Shown piece by piece: positions 1 to 9,509 of a stretch of DNA of 32,000 bases. The DNA is taken from positions 109,496-141,495 of the forward strand of contig CAKTSY010000006.1 of the NCBI GenBank assembly GCA_934613415.1, read 5' to 3'. Every line of letters starts with the position of its first letter. Positions within the stretch are counted from its first letter, which is position 1. The position numbers were made by a program, and so were the translations under genes. The notes below the pieces were generated by a model. The model saw nothing but the letters and a program-made list of their open reading frames with translations. It did not search any database and was not told where the DNA came from. The stretch is from an uncultured Opitutales bacterium. Lineage in GTDB: Bacteria > Verrucomicrobiota > Verrucomicrobiia > Opitutales > Intestinicryptomonadaceae.

Positions 1-1
1 A

Positions 2-427
2 GGCGATATTTCGGCGCTAGACGAAAAATGCCAAAAGCTGATAGCCCAAACAAAAGAGCTTACCAAAGACTTTTCGGAGCATACCCTTGTTTTGGCGTTA
101 AACTACGGCAGCCGCAACGAGCTTGAATTTGCCGTAAAAAACATTGTTAAAGATGCCCTTGCAGGCAAAGTTGCCCCCGACGAAATTAGCTACCAAAAAA
201 TTTCGCAATATTTTTACACAAAAGACATTCCCGACCCCGACTTTATCATAAGAACTTCGGGCGAAAGCAGGCTTAGCAACTACCTGCTTATGCAGGCCGC
301 CTACGCCGAGCTTTATTTTACAGACACCTATTGGCCCGATTTCGGCGAAGAGGAGTTCGACAAAGCCCTGGTTGAATTTGCAAAGCGCAATCGCCGCTAC
401 GGGAAAACCCAAGAACAGATAAAATGA
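2..427 (+). CDS. uppS: Undecaprenyl-diphosphate synthase (cis-prenyltransferase), C-terminal part; 5' end lies outside the window
   Basis: The frame is open from the window edge, so the M at 92 in the ORF track is an internal TTG. Sequence ...LNYGSRNE...DFIIRTSGESRLSNYLLMQAAYAELYFTDTYWPDF... is the typical UppS C-terminal core. The stop overlaps the cdsA start (ATGA at 424-427). Sits in the conserved uppS-cdsA-dxr-rseP context. Confidence 0.85.
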   Translation, partial: GDISALDEKCQKLIAQTKELTKDFSEHTLVLALNYGSRNELEFAVKNIVKDALAGKVAPDEISYQKISQYFYTKDIPDPDFIIRTSGESRLSNYLLMQAAYAELYFTDTYWPDFGEEEFDKALVEFAKRNRRYGKTQEQIK

Positions 428-1254
428 GAAAACGCACAATAAGCTCTTTAATTTTAATTGCCGCAGTATATTTTGCCGTAGCTTTTGCGGGCAAAAGGGC
501 AACAGCCGTAATATTTTGGCTGTTGGCATCGGGCGGAATTTTGGAATGCTGCAACATTTTAAAAAAGCTGAAGGTATCTACAAACTTTGTGGCAACCGAG
601 CTTGCAAACTTGTTCCTTATGGCGTGCGCCGCGTTTGCCCCCTGCCTTTTCGGTGTAGAGGGTGCAATTATTCCATTTTGCGCGTTTACAATACTTTCGT
701 TTGCAGGGGCTGCCGCAATAATGCTAAACCCCTTTAGCAGAGACTCGCAATCGAAGGGGCTTTCCTATATTCTGATGCTTTCGCTAATTACAATGCCCCT
801 TTTGTGTCTTGTGCTTTTGGGAGCTATGTTCGAAAAAGGTTTTGCCTTTGCCATATGGATTGTTGTGGTAACAAAGTTTACCGACATTGGCGGATATATT
901 TTCGGGGTATGCTTTGGCACCCACAAAATTTTGCCTAAAGTAAGCCCCGGCAAAAGCTACGAAGGGCTTATTGGCGGAATGTTGTCGTCGGCGGTTATGG
1001 GCGCGTTTTTTGCGGTGTTTTTCGCAAAATATATGCCGCCAAGCTTTGGCGCAATAGACGGCGCAATTTTCGGAGCTTTATTGGGCTTTTTAGGGCTTGT
1101 TTCCGACTTGGCGGAATCGTGCCTAAAAAGGAATGCAAACGTAAAGGATTCGGGCAACATAATTCCCGGCATAGGCGGGGCATTCGATTTGCTCGACTCG
1201 CTTATAGCAAGCAGCCCAGTGGGCTTTCTTATAGCAATATATTTCTACTTCTAA
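424..1254 (+). CDS. cdsA: Phosphatidate cytidylyltransferase (CDP-diglyceride synthase) family membrane protein
   Basis: 276 aa, multi-pass hydrophobic. C-terminal CTP-transferase-1 signature region is SCLKRNANVKDSGNIIPGIGGAFDLLDS, and SPGKSYEGLIGG lies upstream. Position between uppS and dxr is classical. The signature is atypical (see findings). Confidence 0.8.
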   Translation: MRKRTISSLILIAAVYFAVAFAGKRATAVIFWLLASGGILECCNILKKLKVSTNFVATELANLFLMACAAFAPCLFGVEGAIIPFCAFTILSFAGAAAIMLNPFSRDSQSKGLSYILMLSLITMPLLCLVLLGAMFEKGFAFAIWIVVVTKFTDIGGYIFGVCFGTHKILPKVSPGKSYEGLIGGMLSSAVMGAFFAVFFAKYMPPSFGAIDGAIFGALLGFLGLVSDLAESCLKRNANVKDSGNIIPGIGGAFDLLDSLIASSPVGFLIAIYFYF

Positions 1255-1257
1255 AAA

Positions 1258-2427
1258 ATGGCTGACATTATAAAATTGGCGGTATTGGGGGCAACTGGCT
1301 CTATAGGCTCTAGCACGCTGGCGGTTGCAAAGGCAAACCCCGACAGAATTAAAATTGTTTCGATTGCAGGCAAAAGCAGCATCGAAAAATTGGCAAAAAT
1401 TGCCGAAGAATTCAACGTAAAACACGTTGCAATTTACGACGAAAACGCCTTTAAAAAAGCTTTGGATACGAAACTTTTTGCCGACGACGTAAAACTTTAT
1501 TGCGGCGAAGAAGGCCTTACAAAAGTTGCATGCCTAGGCGATGTAAATATGGTAACGGCGGCGGTTGTAGGAACTAAGTGCCTAAGACCTACGCTTGCGG
1601 CAATAGAGGCAGGCAAAGATATTGCCCTTGCAAACAAAGAGCTTTTGGTTATGGCGGGCAAATTTGTAACAGAGGCGGTGCGCCGCAAAAAAGTGCGTCT
1701 TTTGCCGCTCGACAGCGAGCACAATGCAATTTTCCAGTGTTTGCACGGCGAAAGGAAGTGCGATGTAGCCTCGGTTATAATTACGGCCTCGGGCGGAATG
1801 TTTAGAGACTACACCCCCCGGCAGATGGAAACTATTACAGTGCAGCAAGCCCTAAAGCACCCCAACTGGAATATGGGCCCGAAAGTTACGATAGACTCTT
1901 CTACCCTTGCAAACAAAGGGCTGGAGGTAATAGAGGCAAAGTGGCTTTTCGACGTAGACATAGACCGCATAGAAGTTGTAGTTCACAAACAGAGCATTGT
2001 TCATTCTATGGTACGTTTTTGCGACGGCTCTATAAAGGCGCATTTTTCGCCGCCTTCTATGACATTTGCAATTTCGCATAGCATTTTGTACCCCGAAAGG
2101 GGCAACCCCGTTATGCAGGGACTAGACTTTACAAAAGGTCTGCATCTTGATTTTGAATTGCCCGACACAACAAGGTTTCCCGCACTAAAATATGCGTTCG
2201 ACGCCCTAAAAATTGGCGGAACTGCAACCTGCGCATTTAACGCTTCAAACGAAGTGGCTGTTGCCGAATTTATAAAGGGCAAGATTCGTTGGCTGGACAT
2301 TCCGAAAGTAATAAAATATGTTTTGGACAATGCCAAACACTCTGAACCCGAAACATTAGACGATATTTTTGCCGCCGATACCGCAGCAAGGCAATTGGCG
2401 CAAAAGTTTGTAGACAGCCTTCAATAA
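1258..2427 (+). CDS. dxr: 1-deoxy-D-xylulose 5-phosphate reductoisomerase
   Basis: 389 aa. N-terminal NADPH motif LGATGSIGSSTL, LPLDSEHNAIFQC, and HPNWNMGPKVTIDSSTLANKGLEVIEA, all typical Dxr blocks. Confidence 0.95.
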   Translation: MADIIKLAVLGATGSIGSSTLAVAKANPDRIKIVSIAGKSSIEKLAKIAEEFNVKHVAIYDENAFKKALDTKLFADDVKLYCGEEGLTKVACLGDVNMVTAAVVGTKCLRPTLAAIEAGKDIALANKELLVMAGKFVTEAVRRKKVRLLPLDSEHNAIFQCLHGERKCDVASVIITASGGMFRDYTPRQMETITVQQALKHPNWNMGPKVTIDSSTLANKGLEVIEAKWLFDVDIDRIEVVVHKQSIVHSMVRFCDGSIKAHFSPPSMTFAISHSILYPERGNPVMQGLDFTKGLHLDFELPDTTRFPALKYAFDALKIGGTATCAFNASNEVAVAEFIKGKIRWLDIPKVIKYVLDNAKHSEPETLDDIFAADTAARQLAQKFVDSLQ

Positions 2428-2430
2428 AAT

Positions 2431-4200
2431 ATGCCTTCTTTGCTTTCAGGTTTTGCCGACATTGCGGCGGTTGTGCTTGTGGTGCTGTTTTTCGGAGGCT
2501 CTATTTGCATTCACGAATTGGGGCACTTTTTGGCGGCAAGGTGGCGAAAGCTTAAGGTGCTTAGGTTTTCGATTGGCTTTGGTCCAAAGCTTTTTGCATG
2601 GAAAGGCAAGGACGGATGCGAATATAGAATTTCGCTTTTGCCGCTTGGCGGCTACGTTGCAATACCCCAGCTTGCCGATATGGGAGAGCTTGAAGGCGGC
2701 CAATTTGGCGAAAACGACGTAAAAAATCTAAAAAAGGCCACTTTTACCGACAAGGTTGTTGTGTCGGTTGCGGGGGCTTTTTTTAATGTGCTGCTTGCGA
2801 TATTTTTCGCTATTTTGGTATATTTTATGGGAGTGCCATCGGTGGGCTTGCCCAACACAACCGTTGTTGGATACGTCTATAAAAGCGAAAACTCAGACAC
2901 AAACAAAAAGCTTTTTGCCGGCGACAAAATTTTGCAGATAGACGGCGAAAATATGTCGAATTTTGCGGACATAAGGCAGGCAATAGCCCTGGGGTCTGGA
3001 CGCGACGAGAAAGGCAACCCGCAAGCCCTTTTAAAGGTTGAAAGAAACGGGCAAATTTTAACGCTTAAGCTTAACCCCGCGCTTGTAAAAACAAATTCAA
3101 AAACGGGCGACTTTTTAAGAATGTTGGGCATTGCGCCGGCCGCAAAAATAGATGTTGCCTCGGTTATGGAAAATTCGCCCGCGCAAAAAGCGGGAATTTT
3201 ACCTAACGACGAAATTGTTTCGATAAACGGGCAAAATGTATATTCGGTTGCCGATTTTTCGGACAAGCTTAACACGCTAAAAAAAGGAGAAAAGGCAAAG
3301 GTTGGCATAATGCGCAACAATTCCGAAATTTTTGCCGATTTAGTTCCCGAAAAAATAAGGCGCACAAAACCCCTTTGCGAAGTATTCGAAAACGGCAAAA
3401 AAGTTGCACAATTGCTATGCGTAAACAAGAACATAGCGCAATCTAAGGGTCTTGTTTCGGAAAGCGGCATTTTAAAAGTTTTTGAAGACTCAGACTCTTT
3501 GAAAGACTTTGGAGTTAAAGCGGGAGCTGCCATCTACCAAATAGGTGAAAACAAAGTTTTTAGCGTAAAAGACGCAAGCAATGCCCTAAACAACGCAAAA
3601 GGTCCCCTTCTTATAAAGTATATCGACGGCGACACTATGGGCGAATTTTTGCTAAAAAAGCCGTCGGCAAAAATAAAAGATCCTATAGAAAACGCTATGG
3701 TGGGATTTACCGTAAAGCAGAATATTTCAATAGAGCACCCTTCGGTTTTAAAGCAAATTAAAGACGGTTTTTACACAACCTATGCTGCCATTGCCACAAT
3801 GTTCAACTCGAAAAGCGATGTGGGATTTTCGCATATGTCGGGGCCAATAGGCATAGGGCGTGCGATATACAAAATGTCTATTGTAGATATTTCGCTGGCG
3901 TTTTCGTTTGTGGTTTTGCTAAATCTGAATTTGGCGGTTTTAAATTTGCTACCGCTGCCCGTGCTAGACGGCGGGCACATTCTTTTAGCCTGCATAGAAA
4001 AACTTACAAAAAGGCCCGTTTCGCGCTCGGCATTCGTAAAATTTACACAGCTTCTTTTCGTGTTTTTATTCCTTTCTTTAATGGTCTACATTATATTTTT
4101 AGACACCGAAAGATGGATTGGCGAAAACTCGCAAGAGACAATGGAGTCGCTTGAGAACAACTACTATTTAACAAACCCAAGTTTCGATAAAAATGAATAA
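2431..4200 (+). CDS. rseP: RIP site-2 metalloprotease RseP (M50 family) with an extended PDZ-containing middle region
   Basis: HELGHFLAAR zinc motif near the N-terminus and NLLPLPVLDGGH near the C-terminus. PDZ-like segments lie in between (GDKILQIDGENM..., AGILPNDEIVSINGQNV..., GVKAGAAIYQIGENKV...). 589 aa. Confidence 0.9.
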   Translation: MPSLLSGFADIAAVVLVVLFFGGSICIHELGHFLAARWRKLKVLRFSIGFGPKLFAWKGKDGCEYRISLLPLGGYVAIPQLADMGELEGGQFGENDVKNLKKATFTDKVVVSVAGAFFNVLLAIFFAILVYFMGVPSVGLPNTTVVGYVYKSENSDTNKKLFAGDKILQIDGENMSNFADIRQAIALGSGRDEKGNPQALLKVERNGQILTLKLNPALVKTNSKTGDFLRMLGIAPAAKIDVASVMENSPAQKAGILPNDEIVSINGQNVYSVADFSDKLNTLKKGEKAKVGIMRNNSEIFADLVPEKIRRTKPLCEVFENGKKVAQLLCVNKNIAQSKGLVSESGILKVFEDSDSLKDFGVKAGAAIYQIGENKVFSVKDASNALNNAKGPLLIKYIDGDTMGEFLLKKPSAKIKDPIENAMVGFTVKQNISIEHPSVLKQIKDGFYTTYAAIATMFNSKSDVGFSHMSGPIGIGRAIYKMSIVDISLAFSFVVLLNLNLAVLNLLPLPVLDGGHILLACIEKLTKRPVSRSAFVKFTQLLFVFLFLSLMVYIIFLDTERWIGENSQETMESLENNYYLTNPSFDKNE

Positions 4201-5995
4201 TCAGTATACACAATCTAGGTTCAACTGCGTTAGAATGAAAACCCGCGAAGTAAAAGTGGGCAATATTGGAATCGGCAAAGACAATCCCATAAGGATTCAG
4301 TCGATGACAAACACAAAAACTCTTGATGTGGAAGCCTCGGTTAAACAGTGCATACAGCTTGCCGAGGCGGGTTGCGACATTATAAGGCTTACAGCCCAAA
4401 ATGTTGAGGCCGCCCGCGCGTTAAAAGACATAAATAAAAAATTTAAAGCGGCAGGATTTACAAACCCCCTTGTTGCCGACATTCACTTTTTACCGCAGGC
4501 AGCAATGGAGGCAGTAGAGCACGTCGAAAAGGTAAGGATTAACCCAGGCAACTTTGCCGACCGCAAAAACGGCAAGCTAGACTATACCGACAAGGAATAT
4601 AACGAAGAGCTAGAACGCGTAAGAGAAAGATTTTTGCCATTCCTAAAAAGATGCAAGGAACTTGGCAGGGCAATAAGGCTTGGGACAAACCACGGTTCGC
4701 TTTCCGACAGAATTATAAACCGCTATGCCGATACCCCCTTGGGTATGGTGGAAGCCGCATTGGAATTTGTGCGCATTTGCGAGGCGGAAAACTTTAAAGA
4801 TGTTGTTTTGTCTTTTAAGGCAAGCAACACAAGGGTTATGACGCAGGCCTACCGCCTTGCCGCAAAAAAGATGGCCGAAGAAGGTTTGGATTGCCCTTTG
4901 CACTTGGGCGTAACCGAAGCAGGTTTCGGCAAAGACGCGCGCATTAAAAGCGCCATGGGCATAGGCGGCCTTTTGCTAGACGGTATTGGCGACACAATTA
5001 GAGTATCGCTTACCGAAGACCCAGTAAAGGAAGTTCCCGTTGCAATAGAGCTTGCAAAGTTTGTGGAAAAATTCCGCGCGCAAAAACCAGTAGAGCAAAT
5101 AGACGAAGGCATAGATTTTTATTCATATTCCAAAAGGGAAAGTTTTGCCATCGACTTGGGTGACAAACTTGAAATTGGCGGCAATTCGCAGCAGACAGTT
5201 TGCGTAAACGGAAAGTCCGACAAGGCCGAAATTTGTTTCGACAACTCGGGCAAATGCAAAAACTTTGAAATTGCAGAATACAAAAAAGGCGAATCGCAAA
5301 AGCTTAAAGACGATTTAAATTCGGGCAAAAAACTTGCTCTTAAAATATCGAACGAAGATTTGCAAAACGAGTTTATAGATGTTCTTAAAACTGCACCTAA
5401 AAACTTTGCCGTTATTTCGCCAAAGCCCGTTTGCGGCAGGCACTTTGTGGGCGAAACAAGAAGAACAGCCGCCATTTTAAAGAAAGAAGGCATAAACGCC
5501 CCCATATTTATAATGGCAAATTCCGACGTGTTAACCTCGAAAACGCCCGAAGAAAAACTAAACGAAGCTTCGATATATTTGGGAGCATTGCTTTGCGACG
5601 GCATAGGCGATTTGGAATTGGTTGAAGTTTCTTCTAAAGCAGACGAAAATGCGGAAGATACCCTTGCAATTTTGCAGGCGGCAAGAGCAAGGCGCAGCAA
5701 GGCAGAATATATTGCGTGCCCCAGCTGCGGCAGAACCTTGTATAACATTCAGGAAACAGCAAAAAAAATAGAAGCGAGAACCAAGCATTTAAAAGACGTT
5801 ACCATTGGCATTATGGGCTGCATTGTAAACGGCCCAGGCGAAATGGCCGACGCCGACTTCGGCTATGTTGGCGGCGCTCCGGGGAAAATAAACCTATACA
5901 AGGGCAAGCAGTGCGTAAAAATGAACATTCCGCAGGAAAACGCCATAGACGAACTTTTAAAGCTTATCGAACAATATAAGCCATCGGGCAAGTAA
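4193..5995 (+). CDS. ispG: 4-hydroxy-3-methylbut-2-en-1-yl diphosphate synthase, long form with an inserted domain
   Basis: N-terminal TIM-barrel block VGNIGIGKDNPIRIQSMTNT, RINPGNF, LHLGVTEAG. C-terminal Fe-S block YIACPSCGRT...GIMGCIVNGPGEMADADFGYVGG. About 200 aa of insert lie between the two. The start may be 4193 or the internal ATG at 4235. Confidence 0.95.
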   Translation: MNNQYTQSRFNCVRMKTREVKVGNIGIGKDNPIRIQSMTNTKTLDVEASVKQCIQLAEAGCDIIRLTAQNVEAARALKDINKKFKAAGFTNPLVADIHFLPQAAMEAVEHVEKVRINPGNFADRKNGKLDYTDKEYNEELERVRERFLPFLKRCKELGRAIRLGTNHGSLSDRIINRYADTPLGMVEAALEFVRICEAENFKDVVLSFKASNTRVMTQAYRLAAKKMAEEGLDCPLHLGVTEAGFGKDARIKSAMGIGGLLLDGIGDTIRVSLTEDPVKEVPVAIELAKFVEKFRAQKPVEQIDEGIDFYSYSKRESFAIDLGDKLEIGGNSQQTVCVNGKSDKAEICFDNSGKCKNFEIAEYKKGESQKLKDDLNSGKKLALKISNEDLQNEFIDVLKTAPKNFAVISPKPVCGRHFVGETRRTAAILKKEGINAPIFIMANSDVLTSKTPEEKLNEASIYLGALLCDGIGDLELVEVSSKADENAEDTLAILQAARARRSKAEYIACPSCGRTLYNIQETAKKIEARTKHLKDVTIGIMGCIVNGPGEMADADFGYVGGAPGKINLYKGKQCVKMNIPQENAIDELLKLIEQYKPSGK

Positions 5996-7368
5996 TGTCC
6001 GAATCGCTTCAAACAAAGGCATTGGGGCAGACGCCTATTTTGCGTCTGCTTTGGCGTTTCTACATTCCTGCCCTATGCTCGACGGCAATGACCGCGCTCT
6101 ACAACATTGTAGACCGCATTTTTGTGGGCAATTTTTGCGGCTCGCAGGGTTTGGCTGCAATAACAATCTGCATGTCGCCCGCGCTGCTTTTCTTGGCAAT
6201 CTCTATGCTTGTAGGGCAAGGCGGGGCAACTTTTGTATCGATTTGTTTGGGCAAAAAGAATGTGGATTTAGCCGAAAAGGCGGCAACACAATGCCTTTTG
6301 TTTTTTATTTTGTTTTGCGCCGCAATTTTTGTGGCGGCAATTTTTTTCACGCGCGAAATTATTTGGGCATTCGGCGCGCGCGGCGAAATTCTAGAACAGG
6401 CAACGCTGTATTATAGGGTAATTTTGCTCGGGCTTATTTTCGAAAAAATTTCGTTCGGGCTAAACAATATTATAAGGGCAGAAGGCCGCCCCGTATATTC
6501 GATGCTTACATTGTTTATAGGCACAATTTGCAACATTGTTTTAGACTGGCTTTTTATTGCAAAATTTAAATGGGGCATTCAGGGGGCCGCCATTGCCACA
6601 GTTGCCGCCCAAGCTATAGCCTCTCTTTGGGTATTGCGTTTCTATGCGTTAAAACTCGGGGTATTAAGGCTAAAACTATGCAACTTTAAATTTACAAAAA
6701 ACGTGGTAAAAAAAATTGCGGCCTTTGGCTCGCCTTCGTTTGTAATACAAATGCTGGCCGCTTTGTCTACGGCGGTTATGCTAACGCAGGCCTCTAAATT
6801 GGGGAATGCCGAGGGCGTTGCAATTATAGGCGTTGTAATGACTGCAAACCTTTTGGTTTTTTTGCCCGTGCTTGGAATGAATATGGGAGCGCAACCCATA
6901 TACGGCTACAACTGGGGGGCAAAGCTTTATTTAAGAGTTAAAAGCGCGTTTAAATATACATTGTTTTTTACTTCGATTTTTGCGGCTGCCGGCTTTTTTG
7001 TGTTCTTTTCCTTTTCAAAAAACGTGTTCGAAATTTTTGTGTCGAACGAGCCTTTGCTTGTTTGCAAAGGGGCCTATGCCATGAAAATTATGGTGCTTTC
7101 GTTCTTCCTTTTGGGGATAAACATTTCAACATCGTCGTTTTTTCAGTCTACGGGCAGACCAAAGTTTTCGATATTTTTAACGGTGCTGCGCCAGCTTTTT
7201 GTTTTGGTGCCGCTAATGATTTTTTTGCCGGCCATATTCGGCGGCATTACGGGGCTTTGGGCGGCGTTCCCCATATCCGACGCTATTGTGGCAATATACT
7301 CTATATTTATTACGTTAAGGGAATTCGGAATGCTTAACAACCTGAATAAAAAGCTAGAAAATTCTTGA
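5995..7368 (+). CDS. MATE family efflux transporter
   Basis: 457 aa and highly hydrophobic, roughly 12 TM segments. MATE-like N-terminus (LWRFYIPALCSTAMTALYNIVDRIFVG). The start overlaps the ispG stop (TAATG). Confidence 0.8.
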   Translation: MSESLQTKALGQTPILRLLWRFYIPALCSTAMTALYNIVDRIFVGNFCGSQGLAAITICMSPALLFLAISMLVGQGGATFVSICLGKKNVDLAEKAATQCLLFFILFCAAIFVAAIFFTREIIWAFGARGEILEQATLYYRVILLGLIFEKISFGLNNIIRAEGRPVYSMLTLFIGTICNIVLDWLFIAKFKWGIQGAAIATVAAQAIASLWVLRFYALKLGVLRLKLCNFKFTKNVVKKIAAFGSPSFVIQMLAALSTAVMLTQASKLGNAEGVAIIGVVMTANLLVFLPVLGMNMGAQPIYGYNWGAKLYLRVKSAFKYTLFFTSIFAAAGFFVFFSFSKNVFEIFVSNEPLLVCKGAYAMKIMVLSFFLLGINISTSSFFQSTGRPKFSIFLTVLRQLFVLVPLMIFLPAIFGGITGLWAAFPISDAIVAIYSIFITLREFGMLNNLNKKLENS

Positions 7369-7371
7369 TTT

Positions 7372-8109
7372 ATGAAACAGCAAAAAAAGGAAAATACTCT
7401 TTTAAGTTTGGCTTTCAACATTGCCATTCCAAGCATACTTTTAATTTGGGCGGGCAAGTTTTTAAAATCGAAGAGCATAGAAGACTTTTTTGGTGTAGAT
7501 GCATTGCTTTGCGTATTTTTGCTGGCTTTGGCGTTCCCCACAATATACGGAGTTTACGACTTAATTGCCCGCAAAAAGTGGAATTTAATCGCAATTATAG
7601 GCGTTGTAAGCGTGTTTCTTACGGGTGGAATAGGCGTTATGCGCCTTTCCCGCGAATGGATTATTGCAAAGGAAACTTTAGTGCCCCTTGTGTTGGGAAT
7701 TGCAGTTACAATTACTTCCTTTACCAAAAAACCCCTTGCAAAACTGCTTATTTTAAACGATGCCGTTTTAGACGTTAATAAAATAGAAAAACTTTTAAAC
7801 GAGCGCGGAACAAAAGCCGCCTTCGACAGGGAGTTTTTAATTGCAACCTGGCTTTGCGCGTTTTCGTTTTTGCTCAGCGCGGCGCTTAACTTTTACCTTG
7901 CCTGCCGCATATTTACCGAGAACGCAACAATGGAAGAATTTAACGAACAAGTGGGCAAAATGACCGCCCTTTCGTGGCCGGTTATTGTTTTGCCGACAAC
8001 AATCTTTTTGATTGCGGCAATGTTCAAAGTTTTTTCGGCAATAAAAAAGTGTTGCGGTGTTCCCTTCGAAGAGGTAGTTTCGCCACAATTACAGGAAAAC
8101 AAAAAATGA
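7372..8109 (+). CDS. Conserved-looking multi-pass inner-membrane protein, function unknown
   Basis: 245 aa with about 6 hydrophobic segments. Starts 4 nt after the MATE stop and its stop overlaps the next gene's start (ATGA at 8106). I cannot name any catalytic motif. Confidence 0.6.
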   Translation: MKQQKKENTLLSLAFNIAIPSILLIWAGKFLKSKSIEDFFGVDALLCVFLLALAFPTIYGVYDLIARKKWNLIAIIGVVSVFLTGGIGVMRLSREWIIAKETLVPLVLGIAVTITSFTKKPLAKLLILNDAVLDVNKIEKLLNERGTKAAFDREFLIATWLCAFSFLLSAALNFYLACRIFTENATMEEFNEQVGKMTALSWPVIVLPTTIFLIAAMFKVFSAIKKCCGVPFEEVVSPQLQENKK

Positions 8110-9056
8110 TATTGTCGCTTTCTACAAGTTATCTACAAAGCCGCTATGCCGACAACTCGTATAATATGCTTTGCCGCGCGCGCGAAATGGGCTTTGAATA
8201 TGTCGAGTTGGGGCACTCTACCCCGCTTTTTGCTGTAGACGGCATTTTAAAGGCTGTAAACGAAAACATTGTAAAAGTTTCGTCGCTTCACAATTTTTGC
8301 CCAATGCCCTCCTTTGCAACGGGTACGGCGTGCAACTTGTTTTCGCCTTCGTCTAAAAACAATGCCGAGGGCGAACTTTGGCAAAAACACACTTTAAATT
8401 CTCTTGATTTTGCAAAAAAAACGGGGGCAAGGGCAATAGTAAGCCACTCGGGGCAAATAACATATTTTTTTAGACCTATAGACTACAAAATACAAAAGTA
8501 TCTTGATTTTGTAAAAGACTATAAAACCCTAATAGACGACGAAAAATATAAAAAAATTGCCGCGAGCTTTAAGGAAAACTCCGCAAAAAAAAGCGAAAAT
8601 CACTACAAATTTTTGCAAAAAAACACAAACGCCGTATCCGAAAAATTCGAGGAAAGCTCGGTAAAAATAGGCATCGAAAACCGAGACCAAATTCCGGAAC
8701 TACCCCTCGATTGGAATATGGCTGATATGTACAAAAAATATTTTTCAAATTCAAAAGTAGCATTTCTTTGGCACGATGTTGGCCATTCTATGAAAAAACA
8801 GCTTTTGGGATTGTACAACCAGCTTAAGCTTGCCGAAGAAATTGCTCCCTATCAAATTGGCTGGCATTTGCACGATTGCGACGAAAACGGCAAAGACCAC
8901 ATTGCAATAGGCAAAGGCATAATAGATTTTAAGGCACTTTCAAAATTCTTCGACGTAAAAAAACACATATTTACAATAGAGCTAAACAAGGCGGTTTCTA
9001 TTGAAGACGCCATAGACTCGCGCAAAAGACTGGAGGACATAATATGCGGCGCATAG
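8106..9056 (+). CDS. Sugar phosphate isomerase/epimerase family protein (xylose-isomerase-like TIM barrel)
   Basis: Blocks FEYVELGHS, ARAIVSHSG, KIGIENR, WHDVGHS, GWHLHD, FTIEL match the AP-endonuclease-2/xylose-isomerase-like TIM-barrel pattern. I chose ATG 8106 (ATGA overlap) over the track's upstream start at 7974, which overlaps the previous gene by 136 nt. Confidence 0.7.
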   Translation: MILSLSTSYLQSRYADNSYNMLCRAREMGFEYVELGHSTPLFAVDGILKAVNENIVKVSSLHNFCPMPSFATGTACNLFSPSSKNNAEGELWQKHTLNSLDFAKKTGARAIVSHSGQITYFFRPIDYKIQKYLDFVKDYKTLIDDEKYKKIAASFKENSAKKSENHYKFLQKNTNAVSEKFEESSVKIGIENRDQIPELPLDWNMADMYKKYFSNSKVAFLWHDVGHSMKKQLLGLYNQLKLAEEIAPYQIGWHLHDCDENGKDHIAIGKGIIDFKALSKFFDVKKHIFTIELNKAVSIEDAIDSRKRLEDIICGA

Positions 9057-9505
9057 TTGAATCTTGCAACAATTCTAAAAACGTAAAATTTAAAAGCAAA
9101 GATCTTGAGCTTTTTATAAACACTTTAGACAGAACTTTGCCCGAAAACCTGAAAGCTCCGATGGGGAATTTGTCGATTGGCGTTTTCGACAATGCAGACT
9201 TGGCCAAAATACATTTAGACTTTCTTAACGACCCAAAGGAAACCGACGTAATTACATTCGACGGCGACGAAACGGGTTTTGGCGGCGAAATTTGCGTTAG
9301 CGCCGAAAGGGCAATGCAATATGGTCCAAAATTTGGGAATACCGCAAACAGGGAATTGTGCCTATATGTAGCCCACGGCTACCTTCATTTGGCGGGCGTA
9401 AACGACATAGAAGAGGAAGACGCAAAAAAAATGAGAGCCGCCGAAAAAATTGCTCTTGAAATTTTGGACAAAAATTTTAAACAACCTATATTTAAATTTG
9501 TATAA
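9044..9505 (+). CDS. ybeY: rRNA maturation endoribonuclease YbeY
   Basis: 153 aa. ETDVITFD and VAHGYLHLAGVND correspond to the YbeY metal-binding signature region. Confidence 0.85.
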   Translation: MRRIVESCNNSKNVKFKSKDLELFINTLDRTLPENLKAPMGNLSIGVFDNADLAKIHLDFLNDPKETDVITFDGDETGFGGEICVSAERAMQYGPKFGNTANRELCLYVAHGYLHLAGVNDIEEEDAKKMRAAEKIALEILDKNFKQPIFKFV

Positions 9506-9509
9506 TACT

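Noticed and set aside
2877-3533. 218-aa ORF on the minus strand
   Set aside because: Lies entirely antisense to the well-supported rseP gene. Low-complexity Ser/Phe/Lys-rich translation with no motif. Typical shadow ORF.
5119-5748. 209-aa ORF on the minus strand
   Set aside because: Antisense to ispG, whose frame carries clear conserved blocks. No start context or motif of its own.
7974-8105. Upstream extension of the TIM-barrel gene (track start at 7974)
   Set aside because: It would overlap the preceding membrane-protein gene by 136 nt and its extra 44 aa look non-protein-like. ATG 8106 forms an ATGA overlap with the upstream stop, matching the coupling seen throughout the window.
9450-9509. 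Upstream extension of the DUF502 gene
   Set aside because: It overlaps the ybeY 3' end. ATG 9510 lies just after the ybeY stop and begins right before the first TM segment.
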